Source of the DNA: Clostridia bacterium
GTDB taxonomy: Bacteria > Bacillota > Clostridia > Oscillospirales > CAG-272
Reading direction: 5' to 3'
DNA length: 64,000 nucleotides
Assembly (NCBI GenBank): GCA_017452525.1
Contig: JAFTMG010000024.1
Span: 989-64,988 of the forward strand
The notes below the pieces were generated by a model that saw only the letters and a list, made by a program, of their open reading frames with translations, was not told where the DNA came from and did no database searches. Shown piece after piece: positions 39,563-48,437 of this stretch (its first letter is position 1; every line of letters starts with the position of its first letter). The position numbers and the translations under genes were made by a program.

Positions 39563-40291
39563 TCAAATTTTCGCGCGAACGATCAGAAAACACGGCTTGA
39601 TCTGTTCCTTGATCAGCGCAGGACGTTTGACAAGTGCCCAATCTTCCGCCACAGGCTCGATCACATCCTCCATGATAAAGCCCGTGTGTGCCAGTGAAGT
39701 TAGGATCTGTCCCATGGGTCGGTGATATTTTTCCACACCGTCCACAAACCATGTCGTCACGATTTTCGACGCACGGTTATAATCATATACGGTATATGCC
39801 GTACAGTTCCCCTGCTCATCGCGCTCAAAATGCCCCTGCGCGGTGTTCAGCGGATGCTCTTGTGAAAACAAAAGCATCCCGCCGGGACGTAAATGACGGC
39901 GGATCTCGCCAAGCAGCGAATCCAAATCCTCGATATAATGAAACGCCAAAGAGCTGTAGATCAGGTCAAAAGATTCATCGATCTCCGCCAGATCCTCCAT
40001 GCTCATGCACCGATATTCCACGCGAGGGTCGGCAGTCCGTTCCCTAGCCACCGCAAGCATCCTTTTCGAAATGTCGATTCCAAGCACCCGCTCAGCTCCG
40101 CGACGCGCGAAATCCATACAATTCTCACCCATGCCGCATCCCAGATCCAGAACCTTTTTTCCGTCCAAGGATGGAAGAAGCTTTGCCATTGCAGGCTGCT
40201 CGATCAACACATTGTGGTTGTCATCTCGCGCACGCAGGTTACTGTATTCCCGAAAAAACGCTTCGTTATCATATATATTTTGAGATTCCAT
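39563..40291 (-). CDS. Class I SAM-dependent methyltransferase
   Basis: QNIYD, VLDLGCG.G, GIDIS..ML, SSLAFHY, L.PGG.LLFS.EHP. Confidence 0.9.
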   Translation of the reverse strand: MESQNIYDNEAFFREYSNLRARDDNHNVLIEQPAMAKLLPSLDGKKVLDLGCGMGENCMDFARRGAERVLGIDISKRMLAVARERTADPRVEYRCMSMEDLAEIDESFDLIYSSLAFHYIEDLDSLLGEIRRHLRPGGMLLFSQEHPLNTAQGHFERDEQGNCTAYTVYDYNRASKIVTTWFVDGVEKYHRPMGQILTSLAHTGFIMEDVIEPVAEDWALVKRPALIKEQIKPCFLIVRAKI

Positions 40292-40316
40292 CAAAAACAC
40301 AACCTTTCGTTGAATT

Positions 40317-42071
40317 TCATTCGCCGCTGAACAACTGCTTCCGGAGATATCCACAGGTGAATGGAAAGAAATCAAATTTTTGAGTTCCCACGTGGACAAA
40401 GCCGTATTTTTCATACCACACGCGAAGCAGGCGATTTTCTTCCACAATTCCCGCAGTCATCGTCTGATAGCCGCGAACCATTCCCTCTCTGATTGCGTGA
40501 AGCAAAAGCCGCTCCCCGATCCGTTGATGACGGTATTCCGGCGCTACACAAAGCTGCTCCAACTCGACCTGCTCCCCGCTCTTTTCAGCCAATGAATAAT
40601 AGCCGATGGGGCGATCCTCGCCGTCACAGCAAACGAACATCGGTCTTCCATTGTTATACCGGTCTATTAATCTCGCTTCATCCACGACAAAGGCGGTAAA
40701 CCTTGGCGCGTTGGCAGGCGTAAAGCCAAATTCATCGACAACGCTCTGAAAGGATCGACAGATCAGTGAAACACAAGCCTCGATCTCATCCTGCCTCATC
40801 GCCCGAATTTGCCGGCTCGGCTTTCGGGTCGGTCTGACTTCCGAAGCAATTCTGTAACCCCCATCTTGCCCCGTGCCAAGCAGCCTTGCCTCTCCCAGTA
40901 CCTCGCGGGCAAGACTTGCGCAACTCCCACACAGCAGGATCTCGCGGGCATCACGACCGCGCATCATTGCCTCTTGGAGCAAAGTCGCAGCCACATCACG
41001 GTAACGGCTTCTCGGCGATACACAGAACGCGCATATCTCAAACGTCGAGCCGACGTCCCCCTTCATACAGATCAAGCCAAGAGGCGTATCTTGCTCGCAT
41101 GCGATCAAGGTCAACCATGCGTCCGAAGGCAAACCGTCCGCAAGCCCATTTTCCTCACACACGTGTCGTAACGCGCTCGGATCTGCGTCATGCGCGGCAC
41201 GGTATTCATGCACGGTATATCCGTCACACCACAGCTCCACGTGGGAATCATAGTATTTCTCCTGAAAACGTATCTGCTCAGCGATCTCCGCTTGTGTCAG
41301 CCTCATACCCATCGGCAAGGCGACCAGCTTATCCTCCACGTCATCCTCACGGTGCACAATGGCAACGATCTTTGCGAGATACTCTTCCACCGGCTCGCAA
41401 ACACCAAGGAGATATACGTCCAGCTCCTCGTCATCACCGCCGAGAACGCCCGGAATACAGCCGTAATTGATGGGATACACGATATCCTTTTTATGCGCAA
41501 ATCCGATTGGTCGGTCGATACTTACCGTCACCGTTTTTCCAAGATACGACCACACCATCGCTTTGCGCAAGGTATAGCGGATAAACTTTTCTTTTCCTGC
41601 CGTGTAGGCAGCACGGTCATCTGCATACTGGGCGGCGAGCGCCTCCTTTAATTGCTGATATTGAGCGGCAATTTGCGGATGAGTGTTCAGGTAATCAACA
41701 AAATTCAGATAGTTCCGCCACTCCATACTCTCGTATTCCACCACGTGAATATGATGCGTCCGCGTATCCTGCGCCATATCCCCTGCGGAAAAGAAGATCT
41801 GCTTGTCATGTCCGACATCTTTGCGGTGAAAGCCGCATGCCGCCATCGCGTCGATCAGCGGTGCCACGTCCTCCAAAGCATCGACCGCAACCGCGATGTC
41901 TATAATCGGCTTCGCCTTGATCGCACGGATCGCAGTGCTTCCCACGTGGCGGATATCCCGCGCGACGTCGCCGAAAATACGTCTCAATTGGCAAACGGCC
42001 TCCGAAGCAACACGGTCCCACTCCGCATCGTGCGGGAGAAGCTTTACCGTTCCTCTCTTTAATCCAATCAT
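40317..42071 (-). CDS. Multidomain fusion: GrpB(UPF0157)-inorganic pyrophosphatase-GNAT-GNAT
   Basis: GLKRG, HVGST.I..KAKPIIDI, H.HV, YT.GK (GrpB); IDRPIG..YPINYG..D.EELDVY..EDKLV (PPase); two GNAT segments, the last with V.PEYR..RIG and WYEKYGF. Confidence 0.85.
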   Translation of the reverse strand: MIGLKRGTVKLLPHDAEWDRVASEAVCQLRRIFGDVARDIRHVGSTAIRAIKAKPIIDIAVAVDALEDVAPLIDAMAACGFHRKDVGHDKQIFFSAGDMAQDTRTHHIHVVEYESMEWRNYLNFVDYLNTHPQIAAQYQQLKEALAAQYADDRAAYTAGKEKFIRYTLRKAMVWSYLGKTVTVSIDRPIGFAHKKDIVYPINYGCIPGVLGGDDEELDVYLLGVCEPVEEYLAKIVAIVHREDDVEDKLVALPMGMRLTQAEIAEQIRFQEKYYDSHVELWCDGYTVHEYRAAHDADPSALRHVCEENGLADGLPSDAWLTLIACEQDTPLGLICMKGDVGSTFEICAFCVSPRSRYRDVAATLLQEAMMRGRDAREILLCGSCASLAREVLGEARLLGTGQDGGYRIASEVRPTRKPSRQIRAMRQDEIEACVSLICRSFQSVVDEFGFTPANAPRFTAFVVDEARLIDRYNNGRPMFVCCDGEDRPIGYYSLAEKSGEQVELEQLCVAPEYRHQRIGERLLLHAIREGMVRGYQTMTAGIVEENRLLRVWYEKYGFVHVGTQKFDFFPFTCGYLRKQLFSGE

Positions 42072-42102
42072 CTTTTCCACTCCTGACTTCAACAAAACGT
42101 TG

Positions 42103-43575
42103 TTATTTCCCTGCTTTTTCTTCTTTTTTCATAAAAGCGGGCACCTTTCTGACTTCCGAAGAGGTGAAATCATCATGCATTGCATCACAGAAGCGTGCAA
42201 GCTGTGTCTCGTTCATCCAACCGCCTACGTACTCATAAAGCAAACGGTAGGCATCGACCTGCGAGATCTTCTGGATATGCCGACCGTCGTGCAACGCGAT
42301 ATGATCACTCAGCCCCTCGTAAAACGCAAACGGGGACCGCGAGCCATCCAAAACCGTTTCAAGGCAGCGATCGAATTTGCCGCTCTCCCGATATCTCTCC
42401 AAAATTTCCGCAATGGCATGCAAACGGGATAGCTCCTCATAAGTGATCCAATTTGTCTGCAACACGGTATAGGGTGCCTCGTGCATATACCGATAACCAT
42501 ATTCCTCCGCATGCCTGCGAAGCTCCGTTCCGTACAGTAGCTTCAAAAAACCGAGCTGCAACAGGTCGCAGCAAGGATATGCTTCATCGAAGGACTGTGC
42601 AAACCGAGCGTAGCTCTCATACGGCAAACCTGCGATCAGATCCAGATGCACATGGATATTGCCCATCTCATAGATACGACGCACGTTTTCCAGTGTTTTT
42701 TGGGGATCAATATGTCTCGAAACTGCGCGCAGGGTCTCCCCGTGGGTGCTTTGCAAGCCAAATTCCAGCTGGATCTTCCCTTTGGGAAACCGCCGCAGGA
42801 TCTCAAAGCTTTCTTCGTTCAGCAAGGAGGCACAAACCTCAAAATGATAATGTCTGGTATAGGCATCGCTTAAAAGCCCTTCCCAGATCTGATTGGCGCG
42901 CTCAACAGAAAAATTAAAGGTGCGGTCTACGAATTTGATGATCTTCATACGCTCCGGCAACACTTCAAATTCCAAAAGTTCCGTAAGCGTCTGCGACACG
43001 CTTTTGGCGCTGACACCGTGCGTCGCGGAGGACAGACAGTAGGCACAGGAAAATGGACACCCTCGCGAAGACTCATAGTAGAGCATGCTCCCATCCGGGA
43101 AATCATGCTCACGGTACAGAATTCCCTCCTCGGGCGTACCAACGGTCTCCCCGGTGGCATCCAGGATCCGAGGTATCGGTTTTCCGTCCCGCAGGTCACA
43201 GCACAACGCGGTCAAAAGCTTTTCCCCGGGACCGCATATCAGAGTATCGATATCGCGATACTCGTCGCACTCAAACCGTTCCAACCCGTAAGAAACCTCA
43301 GGACCGCCGAAAACGATGTGACAATGAGGGCAAAGCGATTTCAGATCCCGAGCCAGCTCCAGCATGGGGCGAATATTCCAGATATAAGCGGAAAAACTGA
43401 CCACGTCCGCTTTTGCCGCTACCAGATCATGCAGAATGTGAGAGGTGCGATCCCGCAGATTTCTCTCCAGCAGTTGAACTTCAAAACCCTCCCGCTCCAA
43501 CGGGCGGCGCAGACAGCGTATCGCCAACGAGGTATGCGAGTAGGAACCGTTCAATGCAAAAAGTAAAATTTTCAA
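42103..43575 (-). CDS. B12-binding-domain radical SAM protein (DUF4080 type)
   Basis: FSAYIWN, GGPEVS, ESSRGCPFSCAYC, DRTFN, HLDLIAGLP, QLGFLKLL.GT. Confidence 0.9.
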   Translation of the reverse strand: MKILLFALNGSYSHTSLAIRCLRRPLEREGFEVQLLERNLRDRTSHILHDLVAAKADVVSFSAYIWNIRPMLELARDLKSLCPHCHIVFGGPEVSYGLERFECDEYRDIDTLICGPGEKLLTALCCDLRDGKPIPRILDATGETVGTPEEGILYREHDFPDGSMLYYESSRGCPFSCAYCLSSATHGVSAKSVSQTLTELLEFEVLPERMKIIKFVDRTFNFSVERANQIWEGLLSDAYTRHYHFEVCASLLNEESFEILRRFPKGKIQLEFGLQSTHGETLRAVSRHIDPQKTLENVRRIYEMGNIHVHLDLIAGLPYESYARFAQSFDEAYPCCDLLQLGFLKLLYGTELRRHAEEYGYRYMHEAPYTVLQTNWITYEELSRLHAIAEILERYRESGKFDRCLETVLDGSRSPFAFYEGLSDHIALHDGRHIQKISQVDAYRLLYEYVGGWMNETQLARFCDAMHDDFTSSEVRKVPAFMKKEEKAGK

Positions 43576-43695
43576 TGTCTGTACCTCCCAAATTCGTCTT
43601 GTACTATTTTACCATGTTATGGACAGAATGGCAACAGCTTTTACAAAAGAAACACGTAGGGCGACTATTTTCTTTTATAGCCGCCCTGACATAGT

Positions 43696-44508
43696 TTATT
43701 TCTTTTTCAGTTTTCCGACCACGCGACCCGTGCAATTAACCTCTTCGAAGTCCTTCAAGAGAATATCTCCGTATTTGGGATTCATGGAGATGAGACGATC
43801 ACCGCCAAAGATTTTGAAATAACCGCTGCCGTCCAACACAAAAATACCGAGTTCGCCAACCTCTACGGAATCGCAATTCTGAATCAGAAGAACGTCCCCG
43901 TCATGATATCTCGGCTCCATACTGTTACCGCTGATCCGAAGCGCGAAATCGGCATCCTGCGTTTTGACAGTATCGGGAATGGCGATCTCCTCTGCGCGGG
44001 ACTCATCCAAGTAGACACCTGTACCGGCGGAAACGGGCATATCGTACAGGAAAAGCTTGCGGCGGGCAAACGCTTTTTCCGCACTCTGCTCGCTGACTCT
44101 GATCGACGCGGAGGACTTCTTCGCAGCCGTCTTCGTCTGTGCCACGGAAGGCATGGCAAGCACGGTGGCAGACGGCGCGGCGAGAACTCTTTCCTTCTCC
44201 TTTTTCATGATCAGCGCAGCCAGATCTTTTCCGTAAGCATCCAACATACGGTAGTCTTCAATCAGCTCTATCTCATCCGGATCGAGGGTATAGTTATTGG
44301 TGTTCTCCTCGGTTCCCTTTACAATATAATCCAAAGAGCAACCGAGAGCATCACAGATCGCGACCATATTGGAAAGCTTCGGCGAATCGCTGATGCCGGC
44401 AAGAAGTTTGCTGAGCGTTCCCAACGGGATTCCCGTCATGACAGCGAGCTGATCGTTGGTGATCTTTTTTTGACTCTTCAGTTTTTTGATTCGTTCCTTA
44501 TAATCCAT
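43696..44508 (-). CDS. XRE-HTH plus S24 peptidase (CI/LexA-like self-cleaving repressor)
   Basis: N-terminal HTH; VSAG Ala-Gly cleavage site; GNSMEP catalytic Ser; YFK Lys. Confidence 0.9.
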   Translation of the reverse strand: MDYKERIKKLKSQKKITNDQLAVMTGIPLGTLSKLLAGISDSPKLSNMVAICDALGCSLDYIVKGTEENTNNYTLDPDEIELIEDYRMLDAYGKDLAALIMKKEKERVLAAPSATVLAMPSVAQTKTAAKKSSASIRVSEQSAEKAFARRKLFLYDMPVSAGTGVYLDESRAEEIAIPDTVKTQDADFALRISGNSMEPRYHDGDVLLIQNCDSVEVGELGIFVLDGSGYFKIFGGDRLISMNPKYGDILLKDFEEVNCTGRVVGKLKKK

Positions 44509-44539
44509 GGTTCGTACCTCTGTTTCTTATTATGGTATT

Positions 44540-44638
44540 ATTATAGCATATCAATTGCAATTTGTAAATAGTTTTTTGAAAATATTTTTCTGTTTTCGGA
44601 AAATTTCTATTGACAAATGTCGATTCGTGTGTTATAAT
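44540..44638. promoter_or_regulatory. Divergent sigma-A promoters (repressor / membrane-protein gene)
   Basis: Minus strand TTTACA-17-TATAAT (44540-44568); plus strand perfect TTGACA-17-TATAAT (44610-44638). Confidence 0.78.
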
Positions 44639-44762
44639 GACATCACAAAGTTCCAATGGAAGAAAGCAAACAATAAAAAGAACAATTAGAAATCCAAAAA
44701 CCAGCCGTTTCCATTCCACTTTTGGAACGAACGCTTTGTTGCAAGATTTCAGGAGGACAGTT

Positions 44763-45089
44763 ATGAATAACGTATATTTCGGTAAAAACACCAAGCTGCA
44801 GACCCGCAACCGTACCGGCATGATCCGCTCCTACCGCACGACTCGCACCTTCCCCGAAATGCTCGGCATTATTTTGGATATGATCCTCACCGCCTTCGAC
44901 GGTATGCTGGATGTGCTTGCACGTCCCACCGTTCGCCGCATCGCCCGCACCGTCACCGCGATCGCTTGCATTGCCGTCTTTCTCTGCCTGATCAGCGCCG
45001 TAGAAAATCAGCTGCTCGCAACGCTCCCCGCACTGCTGATCGCTCTCGCGCTTGTCGGCATTGAGATCTTGTGTCTGCGCGGAAATTGA
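44763..45089 (+). CDS. Small membrane protein (108 aa), function unknown
   Basis: AGGAGG RBS; basic N-terminus and two C-terminal hydrophobic helices; own promoter and downstream hairpin (45120-45143). Confidence 0.72.
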   Translation: MNNVYFGKNTKLQTRNRTGMIRSYRTTRTFPEMLGIILDMILTAFDGMLDVLARPTVRRIARTVTAIACIAVFLCLISAVENQLLATLPALLIALALVGIEILCLRGN

Positions 45090-45167
45090 TCTGTCTGTTT
45101 TCATAATTTTCTCTTTTCAGGGAGGCTTCTACGGAGGTCTCCCGTTCTTCTCTATCTTGGACAAATC

Positions 45168-45201
45168 AAAAAGCTGCTGTACCGTAGTACAACAGCTTTT
45201 T
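45168..45201 (-). terminator. Intrinsic terminator after the EF-G paralog
   Basis: AAAAAGCTG.TGTAC / GTACA.CAGCTTTTT. Confidence 0.72.
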
Positions 45202-45217
45202 AATTGTTTATGTTGAC

Positions 45218-47272
45218 TTATGCCTTCTTAGCAGCCTCTTCCTTGATCTTAGCGGCGAGCTGAGTAGGAACTACGTCATAGTCATTCACCTCAAAATCGA
45301 AGGAACCGCGACCCTGTGTCATGGCACGGAGCGTGATGGGATAATCCATCAGCTCAGACTTGGGAGCGGTAGCGGCAATCACGGTATAACCCTTCTTTGC
45401 AGCGGGCTCCATACCCATCACAGTACCTCTGCGCTTGTTGAGGTCACCCATAACATCACCCACCAGAGAATCCGGAACGGTAACGTTCAGGTTGCCAACA
45501 GGCTCCAGAATAACAGGAGCGGCGAGCTCCAGGCACTTCTTGTAAGCCAGGCTTGCAGCAGTCTTGAAGGAAAGCTCATCCGAGTCAACGGCATGATAAG
45601 AACCATCGTACAGATCGGCAGCCAGATTGATCAGCGGGAAGCCGGCAGCGCCTTTCGCCATAGAATCCTGCAGACCCTTTTCAACAGCGGGATAGAAGTT
45701 CTTCGGAACGGTACCGCCGACAACGGATACGGTAAAGGTCAAGCCAGCCTCTTCACCGGGAGCGAAGCGGATCTTAACGTGACCAAACTGACCGGAACCG
45801 CCGTTCTGCTTCTTGTGCTTGCCTTCTACGTCAACGCGCTTGGTGATCTTCTCGCGATACGGGATCTTGGGAACCTCGTACTTAACGTTAACACCGAAGC
45901 GGTTCTTCATCTTGGCGGCAAGAACTGCCAGATGCATATCGCCCAGACCGTAAACGATCATCTGCTTGGTCTCTGCGTTGTTCTCGTAGCGAATGGTATA
46001 ATCCTCTTCGCACATCTTGGTGATACTCTGAGAGATCTTGGACTCGTCAGCGGTGGTAGCGGGGATCATGGTCTGACCGTAGTAAGGCGTAGGATATTCG
46101 ATCTTGGAATAAGAGAACGCACTGTTCCAGGTCAGGGTGTCGTTGGTGTTGGTGTTATTGAGCTTAGCGACCATACCGATATCGCCGCAAACAAGCTCAT
46201 CGACCTCGGTCTGCTTCTTGCCCTTCATCACGTAAAGGTGAGCCATCTTTTCGTTGTCACCGGTGGTCTGGTTGATCATGGTGGCATCCTTCTTAAGTGT
46301 ACCGTTCATGACCTTGAAGAAGGACATTTTACCGACGAACGGGTCAGCGACCGTCTTGAAGACGAACATTGCAGGCTCGCCATCAGGGTTGATCTCCATC
46401 TCGTCGCCGTCTGCCATCAGCTCAACGCCCTTGGCGGTATGACGCGGGAAGGACTCGGTGATCTTGTCCAGCATGGTCCAAACGCCCCACAGCTTGGTAG
46501 CGGCACCGCAGAATACGGGAACGATATCGCCGTGGATGATGCCCTCGTGGATGGCGTTGAAGGCTTCCATAGGACCGATCTCCTCGCCCTCGAAGTACTT
46601 CATCATCAGATCCTCATCGGTGCTGGCAACAGCCTCCATCAGCATATCTCTGAAGCGCTCGGTAGCCTCCATGGACTCCTCGGGAATGAGCTCCACGCTG
46701 TGGCGACCGTTCTTATCAAATACGTGAGCGTTCTGCTCGATCAGGTCGATCGCACCGACGACCTCGCCGTTCTTGACCATCGGGATGGTCAGCGGGCACA
46801 CGATCTTACCGAACTTCTCGTGCAGCGCTTCCAGAACCTTACTGAAGCGAGCTTCGTTATCGTCGAACTTATTGATAAAGAATGCCTTGGGAAGATTTGC
46901 GGCAGTTGCCATATCCCATGCAAGCTCGGTACCAACCTCGATACCTGCTCTTGCGTCCATCACGATCAGCGCACTGTCGGCAACGCGAACAGCCTGCGCA
47001 GCCTCACCGGTAAAGTCGAGATAACCGGGGGTGTCGATCAGATTGATCTTAACGTCTTTCCAAGTCAGATTTGCCAAGGAAAGGGAGAGAGAGAAGCCGC
47101 GGGAGACTTCTTCGGAATCGTAGTCACAAACCGTGTTACCGTCAGCGATCTTGCCCAGACGGTCGGTTCCACCGCTTATATACAGCATAGCCTCTGCGAG
47201 AGAAGTCTTTCCGCAACCGCCATGTCCGAGTAAAACAATATTTCTGATTTTTTTGGTATCCATGTTCGCCAT
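45218..47272 (-). CDS. Elongation factor G paralog (EF-G2 type)
   Basis: Full EF-G domain layout; GHGGCGKTS, DTPGYLDF, NKFD, DGSYHAVDS; not in the str operon. Confidence 0.92.
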   Translation of the reverse strand: MANMDTKKIRNIVLLGHGGCGKTSLAEAMLYISGGTDRLGKIADGNTVCDYDSEEVSRGFSLSLSLANLTWKDVKINLIDTPGYLDFTGEAAQAVRVADSALIVMDARAGIEVGTELAWDMATAANLPKAFFINKFDDNEARFSKVLEALHEKFGKIVCPLTIPMVKNGEVVGAIDLIEQNAHVFDKNGRHSVELIPEESMEATERFRDMLMEAVASTDEDLMMKYFEGEEIGPMEAFNAIHEGIIHGDIVPVFCGAATKLWGVWTMLDKITESFPRHTAKGVELMADGDEMEINPDGEPAMFVFKTVADPFVGKMSFFKVMNGTLKKDATMINQTTGDNEKMAHLYVMKGKKQTEVDELVCGDIGMVAKLNNTNTNDTLTWNSAFSYSKIEYPTPYYGQTMIPATTADESKISQSITKMCEEDYTIRYENNAETKQMIVYGLGDMHLAVLAAKMKNRFGVNVKYEVPKIPYREKITKRVDVEGKHKKQNGGSGQFGHVKIRFAPGEEAGLTFTVSVVGGTVPKNFYPAVEKGLQDSMAKGAAGFPLINLAADLYDGSYHAVDSDELSFKTAASLAYKKCLELAAPVILEPVGNLNVTVPDSLVGDVMGDLNKRRGTVMGMEPAAKKGYTVIAATAPKSELMDYPITLRAMTQGRGSFDFEVNDYDVVPTQLAAKIKEEAAKKA

Positions 47273-47510
47273 GATAGATAACCTCCTTGAAATTCTCCGC
47301 CGCGCTCAGTTCACGTGCGGAATGGTCTTATAAAACTGCCTACCAACGCGCTTATATAAACAAAACATAATGGCTGATTTGTACTATTTTCAATATCGTC
47401 AGTTCACAGCATATGTTCATTATAACTTATTTGGTCCTTTTTTGCAATACTATTTTCGTGTTTTTTTCGTCCTATACAGATAGAAATTCTGCCACCAAAT
47501 TTGTGTATTT

Positions 47511-48311
47511 TCAACAAACTCCGCTGAAAAACAGCCGTTCGGCGTTACGTCTTGTCAACTGTATCATCTCATCATCGGACATACCGAACAAGTCCGCCAG
47601 CGTGTGAAGAGTGTAACGCATATAGTCGGAGCGATTGATTTTACCGCGGTTGGGGTGCGGCGCAAGATAAGGACAATCGGTCTCTGCGAGCAGACGGTCC
47701 TGCGGGATAGTTTCGGCAACACGCCGCACACGCTCCGCGTTTTTGAAGGTGACCACACCCGAAAAAGAGATATACCAGCCGCGGCGCACCAGCTCCTTAG
47801 CCATCTCGGCGCTGCCGCTGTAGCTGTGAAACACACCGCTCACATCGGGATACCGACAGATCATATCAAAGCAATCGCCGTGTGCTTCCCTGTCATGTAT
47901 GATAACGGGCAGGCGATGCTTGCGCGCCATCTCCATTTGCCGTTCAAAAAACACCTTCTGAAGCGGACGGTTAACAGGCTCATAGTGATAGTCAAATCCG
48001 ATCTCTCCCAGCGCCACGATCTTGTGCCTCTCTCTCTCGCATAACAGATTCTCCAAACGGTGCAGCTCCGTGTCCGGATCAAGACAAAGCTGTTGTGCGT
48101 CCTCCGGGTGGATCCCGACCGCCGCAAACATTCCGGGATATTTCGCCGCCTGAGCGAGGCACTTCTCCACATTATTCATATTGGTCGCCACGTTAATGAC
48201 CGTACCGATCCCGTCGGCAAACACCTCTTCCAGAACCCGATCCGCGCCCTCCGTCTCCCGATCGTATCGGGAATCAAAATAATGCGCGTGGGAATCAAAT
48301 ATACCGTTCAT
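47511..48311 (-). CDS. tatD: TatD-family nuclease
   Basis: DSHAH, GIHP, GEIG.DY, IHDREA, HSYSG, ETDCPYLAP. Confidence 0.93.
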   Translation of the reverse strand: MNGIFDSHAHYFDSRYDRETEGADRVLEEVFADGIGTVINVATNMNNVEKCLAQAAKYPGMFAAVGIHPEDAQQLCLDPDTELHRLENLLCERERHKIVALGEIGFDYHYEPVNRPLQKVFFERQMEMARKHRLPVIIHDREAHGDCFDMICRYPDVSGVFHSYSGSAEMAKELVRRGWYISFSGVVTFKNAERVRRVAETIPQDRLLAETDCPYLAPHPNRGKINRSDYMRYTLHTLADLFGMSDDEMIQLTRRNAERLFFSGVC

Positions 48312-48378
48312 GATATTTACCTCGTTATATCAACGTTCCATTGCAAAAAGCAAACGGAGCGTTGTTTTATTTACAAGT

Positions 48379-48416
48379 AAAGCCCGTTTTCAATGTTGAA
48401 ATTGAAAACGGGCTTT
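48379..48416 (-). terminator. Hairpin after metG
   Basis: AAAGCCCGTTTTCAAT / ATTGAAAACGGGCTTT. Confidence 0.65.
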
Positions 48417-48437
48417 GAAATCTGCGAAATGGAACGA

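Noticed and set aside
43696-45089. Prophage immunity region (cI/cro)
   Set aside because: The divergent gene is a membrane protein, not Cro; no integrase, replication or structural genes flank it.
47407-47418. SOS-box-like GAACATATGCTG at the EF-G paralog promoter
   Set aside because: The right half-site has two mismatches to GTTC; too weak.
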